Part shown: positions 1 through 9,317 of the stretch, one piece after another
Layout of the letters: every line of letters begins with the position of its first letter
Position numbering within the stretch: the stretch's first letter is position 1
Source of the DNA: Phycisphaera mikurensis NBRC 102666
Lineage (GTDB): Bacteria; Planctomycetota; Phycisphaerae; Phycisphaerales; SM1A02
Length of the DNA stretch: 61,365 nt
Direction of reading: 5' to 3'
NCBI GenBank assembly: GCA_945877905.1
Contig: CAMDUT010000001.1
Location: 1 to 61,365, forward strand
Position numbers and translations under genes: made by a program
Notes under the pieces: generated by a model
The model's database searches: none
What the model was told of the DNA's origin: nothing
What the model saw: the letters and a program-made list of their open reading frames with translations, nothing else

Positions 1-1595
1 GTGCCCGCGGCGCGTTCCAGCCGTTCCAGCGCCTCCGCGGCCTCCGCCGTGCGCCCGAGCGCGGCGTGCGCCGCCACCTCGAGCGCCACATGGTCGTCCT
101 GGTCGGGCGCCGTCTGCCGCCACCGCGCGCACGTGGCGAGGCACTCCTCGTGCTGCCCGGCGGAGCCCTGCGCGTGCGCCAGCGTCGCGAGGTAGCGCAC
201 CTCGCCGGGCCGCTCGTCCGCGAGCTCCGAGAGGATCGGAACGGCATCCGCCGGTCGGCCGGTGGTCGACAAGACGGCCGCGAGGTTGAACCGCGACTCG
301 CGCCGCGTGAGTTCCACCAGCGCACGCTGGTCGTCGCCCGTGTCGGCCATGTATCCGAGGTCGATGAGCTGCTTCAGCGCGTCGGCGGCCTCGAACGGAT
401 CCATGCGCATCTCGGGCGGGTGCTCTCCGGCTTCGCCCGGCTCGTCATCCCAGCTCGGAACGGTCGCGGGCGCGGGCGCGGCGACGAACGCCTCGACGAC
501 CACGCGCCCGTCCATGTCCGCGCCGGCGGGAAGCCCGAGCGCCGCCAGCGCCGTCGGCGCGACGTCGAGGATGGCGGGCGCGGCGATGCGCTCGCCCGCG
601 CGGAACCCCGGCCCCGCGAACACCGCGATCCCGAGCGCGCGGTGCCAGCGGCTCTCGAGCGCCGCGCGCTCCTCCTTCGTCACGTCCAGGATCACGGGGC
701 GCTCGTCGCCCGAGTGGAACCCGTGGTCCGAGACGAGGATGACCGAGGTTCCCGCGCCGCACGCTTCGAGCAGCTCCCCGAGGAGCGCATCGTGGCGGCG
801 GTACACGCGGTCCATGACCTCGCCGTAGAGGCGCAGGTCCGCGGGCTTCACGTGCTGCATGCGCGGCGGGCGGTACTCCATGAAGTGGTGGCCGATGGTG
901 TCGATGGTGTCGTGGAACACCATGGCGCAGTCCCAACCGCCGCCACGCACCACCTCGAGCGCCGCGGCGTGCAGGCTCAGCATGCGTGCGTACTCCTTGG
1001 CGAGTGTGGCGGGGCGCGCGTCGCCGCGCGCGGCCTGCGCGGCCTCGGGCAGGAGTTCGCGCAGGCGCTTGCGGCCGACGTCGGCGGGTCCCGTGCGCGA
1101 CCGCGCGATGCGGGCCTCGAGGTCGGGCGAGGCGCCGAGGCCGCCGACCGATCCGGGCACCATGGGCCACGTCGCGCCCGGCGACGAGGGCGCCTGCTCC
1201 ATGAGGAGGTTCGTGACGCAGGCGCCCGAGATCGGTTCCGCCGGGTGCGACGCGTACCAGCCCACGGCGTGGACGCGCAGGCCGCGGAGCGTCAGCATGT
1301 TCCACAGCGCGCGCGTGCGCCGGCTGGTGCTGGCCGCCACGCGCACGCCCTCGCCCGATGGGTTCGGCTCGACGAAGTTGAGGATGCCGTGCTTGTCGGC
1401 GGTCTTGCCCGTGGCGATGGACGACCAGAGCAAGGGCGACAGCTTCGGCTCCAGGGTCCGAAGGTCGGCGCGCGTGCCCTGCGCCAGCAGCCGCGCCAGG
1501 TTCGGCATCTGCCCGCGCGCGAGCAGCGGGTCGATCACCTGCCAATCGGCGGCGTCCCAGCCCAGGATGAGGAGTCGTTCGGCGGAGCGAGGCAT
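1..1595 (-). CDS. Type I phosphodiesterase/nucleotide pyrophosphatase (alkaline-phosphatase superfamily) protein with an Ala/Leu-rich TPR-like C-terminal region. The 3' end runs off the window.
   Basis: Absent from the ORF track because there is no stop inside the window. My reverse-strand translation from the ATG at 1595 reads MPRSAERLLILGWDAADWQVIDPLLARGQMPNLARLLAQGTRADLRTLEPKLSPLLWSSIATGKTADKHGILNFVEP...VILVSDHGFHSGDERP. The GWDxxDW and SDHGFH blocks are typical of PF01663-type enzymes. Composition is normal, unlike the overlapping ORFs. Confidence 0.8.
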   Translation of the reverse strand, partial: MPRSAERLLILGWDAADWQVIDPLLARGQMPNLARLLAQGTRADLRTLEPKLSPLLWSSIATGKTADKHGILNFVEPNPSGEGVRVAASTSRRTRALWNMLTLRGLRVHAVGWYASHPAEPISGACVTNLLMEQAPSSPGATWPMVPGSVGGLGASPDLEARIARSRTGPADVGRKRLRELLPEAAQAARGDARPATLAKEYARMLSLHAAALEVVRGGGWDCAMVFHDTIDTIGHHFMEYRPPRMQHVKPADLRLYGEVMDRVYRRHDALLGELLEACGAGTSVILVSDHGFHSGDERPVILDVTKEERAALESRWHRALGIAVFAGPGFRAGERIAAPAILDVAPTALAALGLPAGADMDGRVVVEAFVAAPAPATVPSWDDEPGEAGEHPPEMRMDPFEAADALKQLIDLGYMADTGDDQRALVELTRRESRFNLAAVLSTTGRPADAVPILSELADERPGEVRYLATLAHAQGSAGQHEECLATCARWRQTAPDQDDHVALEVAAHAALGRTAEAAEALERLERAAG

Positions 1596-1688
1596 CGGCG
1601 AGGAATGCTACGAAACGACGCGCGGGCAGCCGTGGTGGCTGCCCGCGCGAGAGAAGCGAGAGAAGGAGAGGCGCGTGCCGAGCGCGCG

Positions 1689-2348
1689 TCAGCGACGACG
1701 ACGGCGCGCGGCGATGCCGGCAGCGGCCAGGAGCGGCAGGACGCCGGGGGCGGGGATGTCGACCACGATCGCCGCGCCGAACGCATCTTGGTACGCAATC
1801 TTCTTGATGCGCCAGCTGTCGACTGTCGCGCCGAACTCGAGCGTCATGTAGCCGAAGTGGCTCTGGTTGACGCCGGAGTTGTTGTTCTTGAACCGGAATC
1901 CAGCGGCGTTGTAGGCCTGCCCGGTGTTCAGCTTCCACTGGCCGAGCGCGGAACCGAAGGTCACGGGCCCGCCGTCCACGCTGAAAGACTGGTTCGAATA
2001 CACCTGCGTGCCGTTGGGGAGGTTGCCCGCGGTGCCCGAAGCACCGGGATACTGCATGACTCCCCAGTACGAGGTGCCGGTGCTCGAGGGCAGGTAGGGC
2101 TCGATGATGAACTGCCCGCCCGACGAGCGCACCTTGATGTCCCAGCCGCTGACCGCGGTCGCGCTCGACGTGGGGTTCTGGCCGAAGCCGGCCACGATGT
2201 TGAACGAGATGTAGAGCTCGCCCGATGACGCGGGCCGGGTCCAGTTGACCGTGGTCACCACTTCCGCAGCGTCCGCGGCGCCGCACACGGACATCGCCGC
2301 GGCAGCTGCCGCGACCAACCCCTTCGACCTCTTGATGAAAATGGACAT
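1689..2348 (-). CDS. PEP-CTERM sorting-domain secreted protein
   Basis: The C-terminus IPAPGVLPLLAAAGIAARRRRR has the P-A-P motif, a hydrophobic helix and an Arg cluster. The signal-like N-terminus MSIFIKRSKGLVAAAAAAMSVCGAADA starts at the internal ATG 2348 of ORF 1689..2390. A purine-rich stretch lies upstream. Confidence 0.85.
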   Translation of the reverse strand: MSIFIKRSKGLVAAAAAAMSVCGAADAAEVVTTVNWTRPASSGELYISFNIVAGFGQNPTSSATAVSGWDIKVRSSGGQFIIEPYLPSSTGTSYWGVMQYPGASGTAGNLPNGTQVYSNQSFSVDGGPVTFGSALGQWKLNTGQAYNAAGFRFKNNNSGVNQSHFGYMTLEFGATVDSWRIKKIAYQDAFGAAIVVDIPAPGVLPLLAAAGIAARRRRR

Positions 2349-2573
2349 CGCCTTTCCTTTCCCTTCTCGTGTTGACGCTCGGTTGAGCATGTCGAGGCCT
2401 TCTCAGAGCCACCGACCCCGAAAAGATGCCTCCATTTCCCCAAGGCGCAAGGAATCGCGGCGAAATCCCGTGCAAAGACCGCGTTCAGGCGAAGGTCCGC
2501 GAAAAAACGAAGCAGGGGCAGTCCTTTCGGACTGCCCCTGTGGATGCACAGAGTGCCTTCGGTCCCGTTCCGC

Positions 2574-3203
2574 TCAGCGGCGGCGACGGGCGCCGGCGAG
2601 GCCGGCCACGCCGAGGAGCGCCAGGGCGCCCGGGGCGGGGACCACGCCAGCGGCGATCGAACCACCGGCGACGCTTTCGTACGCGAAGTCAACCACCGTG
2701 CGGGTCGGGCCGACGCCGGCCGCGCCCTGCGGGCCCATCGCGAAGCGCATCCAGCCGTAGCGGACGAGGGTGTCTGCGCCCACGAAACGGAACCCGATCA
2801 TGTTGACCGCGTTGTACTGCCATCCGGCGGCCACATTGCTGTACACGTTGGTGGTGGCGGTGTTCCACGAGCCCGACGCGCCGATCACGGTGCCCGCGGC
2901 GAGGTTGCCGGCCGGGCCGGTGGTCTGGCCGGGCTGACGCATCTGGCCACCGCCGGTCGAGTTGAAGAAGTTCATCCCGCCCGAGGTCGAGTAGGGGTTC
3001 ACGTCCCAGCCCGGAACGCCGGAGCCGGGCCCGTTGCTGAGCACGCCGGTCTCGACGTTGATGTAGCAACCGTCGATGTCGACGGCGCAGGCGAAGTTCA
3101 CGACGCCGCTGTAGACGATCGCCGCGTCAGCCGACGCAGCAACGCCCGCAGCAACCGCCGCAGCCGCGGCCATGTGCATTCCAATACGGTTCGAAATCTT
3201 CAT
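2574..3203 (-). CDS. PEP-CTERM sorting-domain secreted protein, tandem paralog of 1689..2348
   Basis: This is the C-terminal 210 aa of ORF 2574..5024: MKISNRIGMHMAAAAAVAAGVAASADA...VVPAPGALALLGVAGLAGARRRR. It shares the GW(M/I)R / FGYMTLEFG-type block with the neighbouring gene. The rest of the long ORF is antisense to the fucosidase and R/A-rich. Confidence 0.85.
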   Translation of the reverse strand: MKISNRIGMHMAAAAAVAAGVAASADAAIVYSGVVNFACAVDIDGCYINVETGVLSNGPGSGVPGWDVNPYSTSGGMNFFNSTGGGQMRQPGQTTGPAGNLAAGTVIGASGSWNTATTNVYSNVAAGWQYNAVNMIGFRFVGADTLVRYGWMRFAMGPQGAAGVGPTRTVVDFAYESVAGGSIAAGVVPAPGALALLGVAGLAGARRRR

Positions 3204-3485
3204 TTGGAAAACCTCAGTTGAAAGGGACACAACGAAACCGAGTGCAGGCACTTGGCGGGGGGGGGAATCCGCCGAGCATCCCCCTGCCCCACGGCAGGGA
3301 AGCCCGGTCCGAGGGAACGGAACGCGGGACACGGGAAGATGGCCCAAAAACCGATTCACGCAAACAATTTGCGCAACGACCGCCAAAATTGTGCATCCGA
3401 ACCCCCTCAGGGGCGTGGAAACGCCCTTTTCACGGCGGCGTTCCGGGTTGCGCCGGCGCGGCGGGCGACCACTACGCTCGGGCAT

Positions 3486-5003
3486 GTGCTCCTGCTCGCC
3501 ACCACCTGCACCCTGATCGCCCTTCCGATGCTTCCGGGAGCCCCCCTGCCCATGTCCACGCGGATCGTGCCAGCGCCCCCCTCCCCGTGCCTTCCGGTGC
3601 CGACCGCAGCCCAGCGCGCATGGCAGGACCTCGGCTTCACCGGATTCATCCACTTCGGCCCCAACACCTTCACGGACCGCGAGTGGGGCCATGGCGACGA
3701 GCCGGCCGCCGTGTTCAACCCCACCGCCCTGGACGCGCGCCAGTGGGTGCGCGTCATGAAGGAGGCGGGGATGGGCGGGGTGGTCATCACCGCCAAGCAC
3801 CACGACGGGTTCTGCACCTGGCCCACCGCCACCAGCGCGCACTCGGTGAAGGCCAGCCCCTGGAAGGGCGGCCGGGGCGACGTCCTTCGCGAACTCTCGG
3901 ACGCGTGCCGCGAGGCAGGCATGCGCTTCGGCGTGTACCTGTCGCCCTGGGACCGCAACCACCCGGCCTATGGGACGGGCGGGCCCTACAACGAGGTGTT
4001 CCGCACGCAGTTGCGCGAGGTGTTGTCGGGGTACGGGCCGGTCTTCGAGGTGTGGTTCGACGGTGCGTGCGGCGAGGGCCCCAACGGCAAGCGGCAGGTG
4101 TACGACTTCCCGAGCTTCGAGCGCACGGTGCGTGAACTTCAGCCGGGCGCGGTGATCTTCAGCGACGTCGGCCCCGACATCCGCTGGGTGGGGAACGAGC
4201 AGGGCTGGGCCGGCGACACGTGCTGGTCCATGCTGAAGGCCGCGGGCCATGGTCGCGGCGCAGACAACCCCCCGGCCACGAAGAGCCTCAACGAGGGCGA
4301 CGAGGACGGCGAGGCGTGGATTCCCGCGGAGTGCGACGTGAGCATCCGCCCGGGCTGGTTCTACCACCCGCACGAGGACGACAAGGTGAAGTCGCCCGCG
4401 CAGCTCTTTGACCTCTGGGAGCGCAGCGTCGGGCACAACGCGAACCTCCACCTCAACTTCCCGGTTGATCGCCGCGGGCTCATCCACGAGCACGACGCGA
4501 AGGCCGTGCGAGGGCTTCGCGCGATCATCGACCGGACCTACGGCCCGGGCACTGACCTCGCGCGCGGGCGCACGACGGCCGTGACCAACCTGCGCGGCGA
4601 CGTGCCGCGCCCGGCGAGCGAACCGGTCGGCGACTCGTCGTTCGGCGGGAGCCGTGCGGTCGACGGCGACGCGCGCACCTACTGGGGCACCGACGACGCC
4701 GTGCGCGAGGCGTCGATCGAGGTCGAGCTCGACCCCGCCGCGGAGTGGGACCGCGTGGTGCTCGCCGAGCCGATCGAACTCGGGCAACGCATCCGCAGGT
4801 GGCGCATCAGCGTCCCCGCGGGCCCCGGAACCAGCAACAACTGGCGGGACTGGCGCACGATCGCCGAAGGCACGACGGTGGGCCACCGGCGCATCGTGCG
4901 CGTGCCGCGGACGAAGGCGCCGGCGGTGCGCGTCGAGATCCTTGACGCGCGGGCGTGCCCGCTGCTCTCGGAAGTGGCGGTGCACGCGACGAAGGATGGG
5001 TGA
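3486..5003 (+). CDS. Alpha-L-fucosidase (GH29) with a C-terminal F5/8 type C (discoidin)-like domain
   Basis: Motifs: WQDLGFTGFIHFGPNTF, VITAKHHDGFCTWPT, GVYLSPWD, VWFDGACGEG, IRWVGNEQG. The C-terminal part (FGGSRAVDGDARTYWGTDD...WRTIAEGTTVGHRRIV) looks like a discoidin domain. The start is uncertain: GTG 3486 gives a hydrophobic leader, and the ATG about 45 nt downstream is an alternative. Confidence 0.85.
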   Translation: MLLLATTCTLIALPMLPGAPLPMSTRIVPAPPSPCLPVPTAAQRAWQDLGFTGFIHFGPNTFTDREWGHGDEPAAVFNPTALDARQWVRVMKEAGMGGVVITAKHHDGFCTWPTATSAHSVKASPWKGGRGDVLRELSDACREAGMRFGVYLSPWDRNHPAYGTGGPYNEVFRTQLREVLSGYGPVFEVWFDGACGEGPNGKRQVYDFPSFERTVRELQPGAVIFSDVGPDIRWVGNEQGWAGDTCWSMLKAAGHGRGADNPPATKSLNEGDEDGEAWIPAECDVSIRPGWFYHPHEDDKVKSPAQLFDLWERSVGHNANLHLNFPVDRRGLIHEHDAKAVRGLRAIIDRTYGPGTDLARGRTTAVTNLRGDVPRPASEPVGDSSFGGSRAVDGDARTYWGTDDAVREASIEVELDPAAEWDRVVLAEPIELGQRIRRWRISVPAGPGTSNNWRDWRTIAEGTTVGHRRIVRVPRTKAPAVRVEILDARACPLLSEVAVHATKDG

Positions 5004-5020
5004 GGCGCGCGCGGCGGTCC

Positions 5021-5377
5021 TCACGCACGCGGCGCGGCGTCGAGCGAATCAAGCGCATACACCTCGGTCATCGCGGCCCACCACTCGCCCGGGCGCGCGC
5101 CCGGCGCGGGGCGCTGGTACCGGCGCATGAGCTCGTCCCACGCGCGCGTGCGCGGGTCCTCGGCGTATCGCGGGTAGTCGCGGACGGGGTCGAATCCGTC
5201 GTCCGCCTCGCATTGCATGAAGAGCCGGGTGCCCAGCCGCCAGAGGTGCATGCGGCGGATGCCGATGTCGCGCAGCCCGCGCTCGACCTCGGGCCACACC
5301 GCGCGATGGGCGCGTTCGTACTCCTCGATCAGGGCGGGGTCGTCGACCAAGTCGATGGCCTGCGCGAATCGCTTCAT
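5021..5377 (-). CDS. L-rhamnose mutarotase (RhaM/DUF718) family sugar mutarotase, likely acting on L-fucose here
   Basis: The last 118 aa of ORF 5021..8002 read MKRFAQAIDLVDDPALIEEYERAHRAVWPEVERGLRDIGIRRMHLWRLGTRLFMQCEADDGFDP...YQRPAPGARPGEWWAAMTEVY. This is the classic ferredoxin-like mutarotase signature. Confidence 0.85.
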   Translation of the reverse strand: MKRFAQAIDLVDDPALIEEYERAHRAVWPEVERGLRDIGIRRMHLWRLGTRLFMQCEADDGFDPVRDYPRYAEDPRTRAWDELMRRYQRPAPGARPGEWWAAMTEVYALDSLDAAPRA

Positions 5378-5399
5378 GGCCCGAGCGTAACCTCCCGCC

Positions 5400-8219
5400 G
5401 TGCACGAAGGCACCGCGAACGCCACGCTCGACTGGCTGGTGATCACCACCGCCAACCGCCGGCAGGCCGGGGCCGTGCGCATGCAGCTGGACGAACGCGC
5501 GCGGCGCGGCGCGCTGCCCCCGGGGTGCCGGACGCTGGTGGTGCCCGATGCGCGCGAAGCGCGGATCGGCTCGGGCGCGGCCACGGTGCTGGCACTCGCG
5601 GCGGTCGCGCGGCGCGACCGCAGGGCGCCCGACGGGCGGCGCGTGCTGGTGCTGCATTCAGGCGGCGATTCCCGCAGGCTCCCCGCGTACGCCGCCGAGG
5701 GCAAGCTGTTCGCGTCGCTTCCCATGGCCGCGCCCGGCATGCGGTGCGGCACGGTGTTCGACCTGCTGCTCGAGGACGTGCTGGCGCTCGCGCCGCGCGC
5801 GGGCGGCGAGGTGATCGTGGCGGCCGGCGACTGCGTGATCGGGCTGCGGCAGCATCCCGTGACGCTCGACGGCCCCGGGGTGATCGGCGTCGCGCAGCGC
5901 GCGTCCGCCGCGCGCGCGATGCGGCACGGCGTGTACGCAGCCGACGCGCGCGGAGCGGTGCGTGCGTTCCTCCAGAAGCCATCCGTGGACGCCATGCGAC
6001 GTGTGCGCGCGCTGGACGCGCGCGGACGCGCGCTGGTGGACACCGGCCTCGTGTCATTCGACGCGGACTCGACGCGTGCGCTGATGGCCGCGGCCGGGGT
6101 GACGCGCGGCCGTGACGGCCGCGTGCGCGTGAGGCGCGGGACGCTCGCCGACGGCGCGGCCCGCGCGGCGCTGCCGCACGTGGACCTGTACCGCGAGCTG
6201 ATGTGCGGCTTCGCGCCGGAGCGCGGGCGCGCGGCGCGACCGGAGCCGGTCGACCCGACGCTTCGACGCGTGCTGGCGCCCGTGCACGCAGCCATGCGCG
6301 CGCGACGATTCTCGTGCCGGGTCACGGAATCAGGCGCGTTCCTCCACGTGGGTTCGACGCGCGAGATGCTCGCGTCGCTCGCGGGACGCGGCGCGCACGT
6401 CACGGAGTTCGGCCTTCGCGCGGAATCGGACCCGATGCCGCCGCGGCGCCTGCATGGCGCGGGGCACGCGGTCGCGCTTGACACCGTGGCCGACGAGGTC
6501 CACGTGCGCGCGGGCCGCGCCGTGCTCGACCGCTGCGAGATCGGCCGCGCCGACCTCGGGGGCGACAACCTGGTGGTGGGCGTGCGCGCGCGGACGCTTC
6601 GGCTGCCGCGCGGCGTGTCGGTGTTCACGGTGCCGCTGCGGGGCGGTACGCGCGTGGCGGTCGCGTGCGGCGAGCGCGACGACTTCAAGACGCCGCTCGG
6701 GTCGCCCGGCGCACCGGGCGACGGCACGCTGTGGGACGTGCCCATGTGGCCCGAGTGCTCCGGGCCCGACGGGCTCGACGGCGTGCGGTGGATGTGGGAG
6801 GGTTCGCGCGCGCCGCGCGCACATGCGGACACGCGCCTTCGCTCGATGCGGGAGATCGTCGCCGAGGCCGAACTCGAGGCGATCGCGCGCGAGCGCGCGG
6901 GGATCGCGCGCGCGAACGCGCGGTCGATCGACGTGCGCGCGCTCGGCGCCGTCGACGGGGCGCTCCGCCGCGCCCGCCTCGCGGCGCGTGCCGCGCTGGA
7001 CACGGCGGACGCGCGCCGCGCCGCGCCGAAGTTGCGCGCCGCGGCGTTCGCCGCGGTGGGCGCGGCCGTGCTCGAGCGCGCTCCGCTGCCCGCGCGGCCC
7101 GCGCGCGCCGCGGTCCTCCATGACCAGGCGGTGTGGGCCTCGGCCCCGGTGCGCATGGACCTCGCCGGCGGCTGGAGCGACACCCCGCCCATCTGCAACG
7201 AGGCGGGCGGCGCGGTCGTGAACGTGGCCATCGCGCTGCGCGGGCAACTGCCGGTGCAGGTGATGGCGAAGCTCGACGAGGAGCCCGTGCTGCGCATCAC
7301 GAGCACCGACCTCGGGCGCACGCGCGTGATCCGGTCCGCGCGCGACCTCTCGCGCCGCGGCGACCCGACGCACTGGTCCGCGCTCGCGGAATCCGCGCTC
7401 GTCCTCACGGGGCTCGCGCCGTCGGAGCCCGGCGCATCGCTTGGCCGATGGCTCGCGCGCGTCGGCGGCGGCGTCTCGCTCACGCTGTTCTCGGCGGTGC
7501 CCAAGGGAAGCGGGCTCGGCACGAGCTCGATCCTCGGTGCGGCGGTGATCCGGGCGCTCGACCGGGTGTCGGGGCGCGAACGCACGCCGGACGAGCTGGT
7601 GGCCGCGACCAGCGCGCTCGAGCAGATGCTCTCGACGCGCGGGGGATGGCAGGACCAGGTCGGCGGCGCATTCGGCGGCTTCAAGCTCGCGCGCACCGCG
7701 CCAGGCGCCGCGCAGCACCCGCGCGTGGAGCGCCTGCACGTGCCGACGGCCGCGCTTCGCGAACTCGAATCGCGCAGCGTGCTCCTCTTCACGGGGACGC
7801 GCCGCATGGCGAAGGGCATCCTGGAGAACGTGGTGTGGAACTGGCTCTCGGGCACCGCCACCGCGCGCGACGCCGTGCGGCGGCTGCACGCGAACGCGCA
7901 TGCCATGCGCGGCGCGCTGGAGGAAGGCGACGTGGACGCCGTGGTGCACGAACTCTCGGAGTACCGCGAGCTGAAGCGGCGCATGGACCCGGCGAGCTGC
8001 ACGCCGGCGTTCGAGGCGCTCGCCGCGCGGTGGCGGCCGCACCTGGCCGGCTGGTGCTTCGCGGGCGCGGGGGGCGGCGGCTTCGTGCTGCTGGTCGCGC
8101 ACGACGCACGGCACGCGGCGCGGCTGCGCGCCGACCTCGTGCGTCGCCCGCCGCACCCGCGGGCGCGTGCCTTCGACCTCGAGGTCGACGCGGGCGGGCT
8201 GCGCTGCGCGGTTCTGTAG
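5400..8219 (+). CDS. fkp: Bifunctional L-fucokinase / fucose-1-phosphate guanylyltransferase (FKP-like)
   Basis: 939 aa. The N-terminal nucleotidyltransferase-like part (DWLVITTANRRQAGAVRMQL...GSGAATVLAL) is followed by a C-terminal GHMP kinase with motif II LFSAVPKGSGLGTSSILGAAVIRAL and GAGGGGFVLLVA. The size and architecture match Bacteroides/Arabidopsis FKP. Start is GTG. Confidence 0.85.
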   Translation: MHEGTANATLDWLVITTANRRQAGAVRMQLDERARRGALPPGCRTLVVPDAREARIGSGAATVLALAAVARRDRRAPDGRRVLVLHSGGDSRRLPAYAAEGKLFASLPMAAPGMRCGTVFDLLLEDVLALAPRAGGEVIVAAGDCVIGLRQHPVTLDGPGVIGVAQRASAARAMRHGVYAADARGAVRAFLQKPSVDAMRRVRALDARGRALVDTGLVSFDADSTRALMAAAGVTRGRDGRVRVRRGTLADGAARAALPHVDLYRELMCGFAPERGRAARPEPVDPTLRRVLAPVHAAMRARRFSCRVTESGAFLHVGSTREMLASLAGRGAHVTEFGLRAESDPMPPRRLHGAGHAVALDTVADEVHVRAGRAVLDRCEIGRADLGGDNLVVGVRARTLRLPRGVSVFTVPLRGGTRVAVACGERDDFKTPLGSPGAPGDGTLWDVPMWPECSGPDGLDGVRWMWEGSRAPRAHADTRLRSMREIVAEAELEAIARERAGIARANARSIDVRALGAVDGALRRARLAARAALDTADARRAAPKLRAAAFAAVGAAVLERAPLPARPARAAVLHDQAVWASAPVRMDLAGGWSDTPPICNEAGGAVVNVAIALRGQLPVQVMAKLDEEPVLRITSTDLGRTRVIRSARDLSRRGDPTHWSALAESALVLTGLAPSEPGASLGRWLARVGGGVSLTLFSAVPKGSGLGTSSILGAAVIRALDRVSGRERTPDELVAATSALEQMLSTRGGWQDQVGGAFGGFKLARTAPGAAQHPRVERLHVPTAALRELESRSVLLFTGTRRMAKGILENVVWNWLSGTATARDAVRRLHANAHAMRGALEEGDVDAVVHELSEYRELKRRMDPASCTPAFEALAARWRPHLAGWCFAGAGGGGFVLLVAHDARHAARLRADLVRRPPHPRARAFDLEVDAGGLRCAVL

Positions 8220-8229
8220 CATTCCGCGC

Positions 8230-9309
8230 ATGAAGCAGGCGATCTCGCGCGCGGCGGCCCTCCTCGCGACCATGGCGCTCGGGGCCGCGGTGCCGGCGCC
8301 CGGCGGGGACCTCGTGGCGCAGCAGCGGGAGCGCATCGCGGCGCGCAAGGCGAACCCGAAGCCCAAGTGCCACGTCGCGTTCGTCTCCAACGGCGTCGCC
8401 GACTTCTGGACCATCGCGAAGGCCGGCGCGCTGGCCGCGGGAAGGAAGATCGGGTGCCAGGTGACCGTCGAGTTCCCGGGCGGCGGGCTCGGCGACCAGA
8501 AGCGCATGCTCGAGGACCTCGTGACCAAGGGCATCGACGGCGTCTCGGTGAGCCCCATCGACCCGGTGAACCAGGCCGAGGTGCTGCAGCTGGTCGCCGA
8601 ACGGTCGTTCCTGGTGACCAACGACTCGGACGCGCCGAAGGCCCCGAGGCTCTGCTACATCGGGATGGACAACTACCTCGCGGGACGCATGTGCGGCGAG
8701 CTCGCGCGCGAGGGGCTTCCGAAGGGCGGGAAGGTCGCGATCTTCATCGGCCGGCTCGAGCAGGACAACGCCAAGCGCCGCCGCCAGGGATTCATCGACG
8801 GCCTGCTCGGGCGCCCGAGCGACGCGACCCGGTACGACGAGCCGTCGAAGCCCATCGTGGAGGCCGGCTACGAGATCGTGGGCACGTGGACGGACTCGTT
8901 CGACCGCGCGAAGGCGAAGGCGAACATCGAGGACGTGATGATCAAGCACCCCGACCTCGCGCTGGTGACGGGGCTGTTCGAATACAACTCGACGCTCGCC
9001 GTGGAGGTGTTCCGGCAGGCGGGGCGATCGGGGCAGATCAAGATCGCGGCGTTCGACGAGGGCGCCGACGTGATCAACGGCATCCGCGAGGGCACCGTGC
9101 TCGGCACCGTGGTGCAGGATCCGTACATGTACGGCTACGAGAGCGTGCGCGTGCTCGAGGCGCTGAACCGCGGCGACGCGTCGGTCATCCCCGCGGACGG
9201 CATGCTCTCGATCCCCGCGCGCGTGATCCGCAGGGACACCGTGGACGCGTTCTGGAAGGACCTGAAGGACAAGCTCGAGGCCGGCAGGTCGGGCAAGGCG
9301 CGGGGCTGA
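8230..9309 (+). CDS. Sugar ABC transporter periplasmic substrate-binding protein (RbsB/PBP1 family)
   Basis: Signal MKQAISRAAALLATMALGAAVPA, then VAFVSNGVADFWTIAKAGA...KGIDGVSVSPIDP...GMDNYLAGRMCGE...VAIFIGRLEQDNAKRRRQGF...GTVVQDPYMYGYESV. Confidence 0.9.
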   Translation: MKQAISRAAALLATMALGAAVPAPGGDLVAQQRERIAARKANPKPKCHVAFVSNGVADFWTIAKAGALAAGRKIGCQVTVEFPGGGLGDQKRMLEDLVTKGIDGVSVSPIDPVNQAEVLQLVAERSFLVTNDSDAPKAPRLCYIGMDNYLAGRMCGELAREGLPKGGKVAIFIGRLEQDNAKRRRQGFIDGLLGRPSDATRYDEPSKPIVEAGYEIVGTWTDSFDRAKAKANIEDVMIKHPDLALVTGLFEYNSTLAVEVFRQAGRSGQIKIAAFDEGADVINGIREGTVLGTVVQDPYMYGYESVRVLEALNRGDASVIPADGMLSIPARVIRRDTVDAFWKDLKDKLEAGRSGKARG

Positions 9310-9317
9310 GCCGGGCG

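Noticed and set aside
66-2475. Very long ORFs 66..2228 (+, 720 aa) and 445..2475 (-, 676 aa) from the track.
   Set aside because: They have extreme Arg/Ala/Gly/Pro composition and no motifs. They are off-frame or antisense to a well-supported phosphodiesterase-family gene (1..1595, minus strand) and a PEP-CTERM gene. This is a typical high-GC artefact.
5378-8621. The upstream 875 aa of ORF 5021..8002 (-), and ORF 6330..8621 (-).
   Set aside because: Both are antisense to the FKP gene and Ser/Arg/Ala-rich. Only the last 118 aa of 5021..8002 (the mutarotase) look real.
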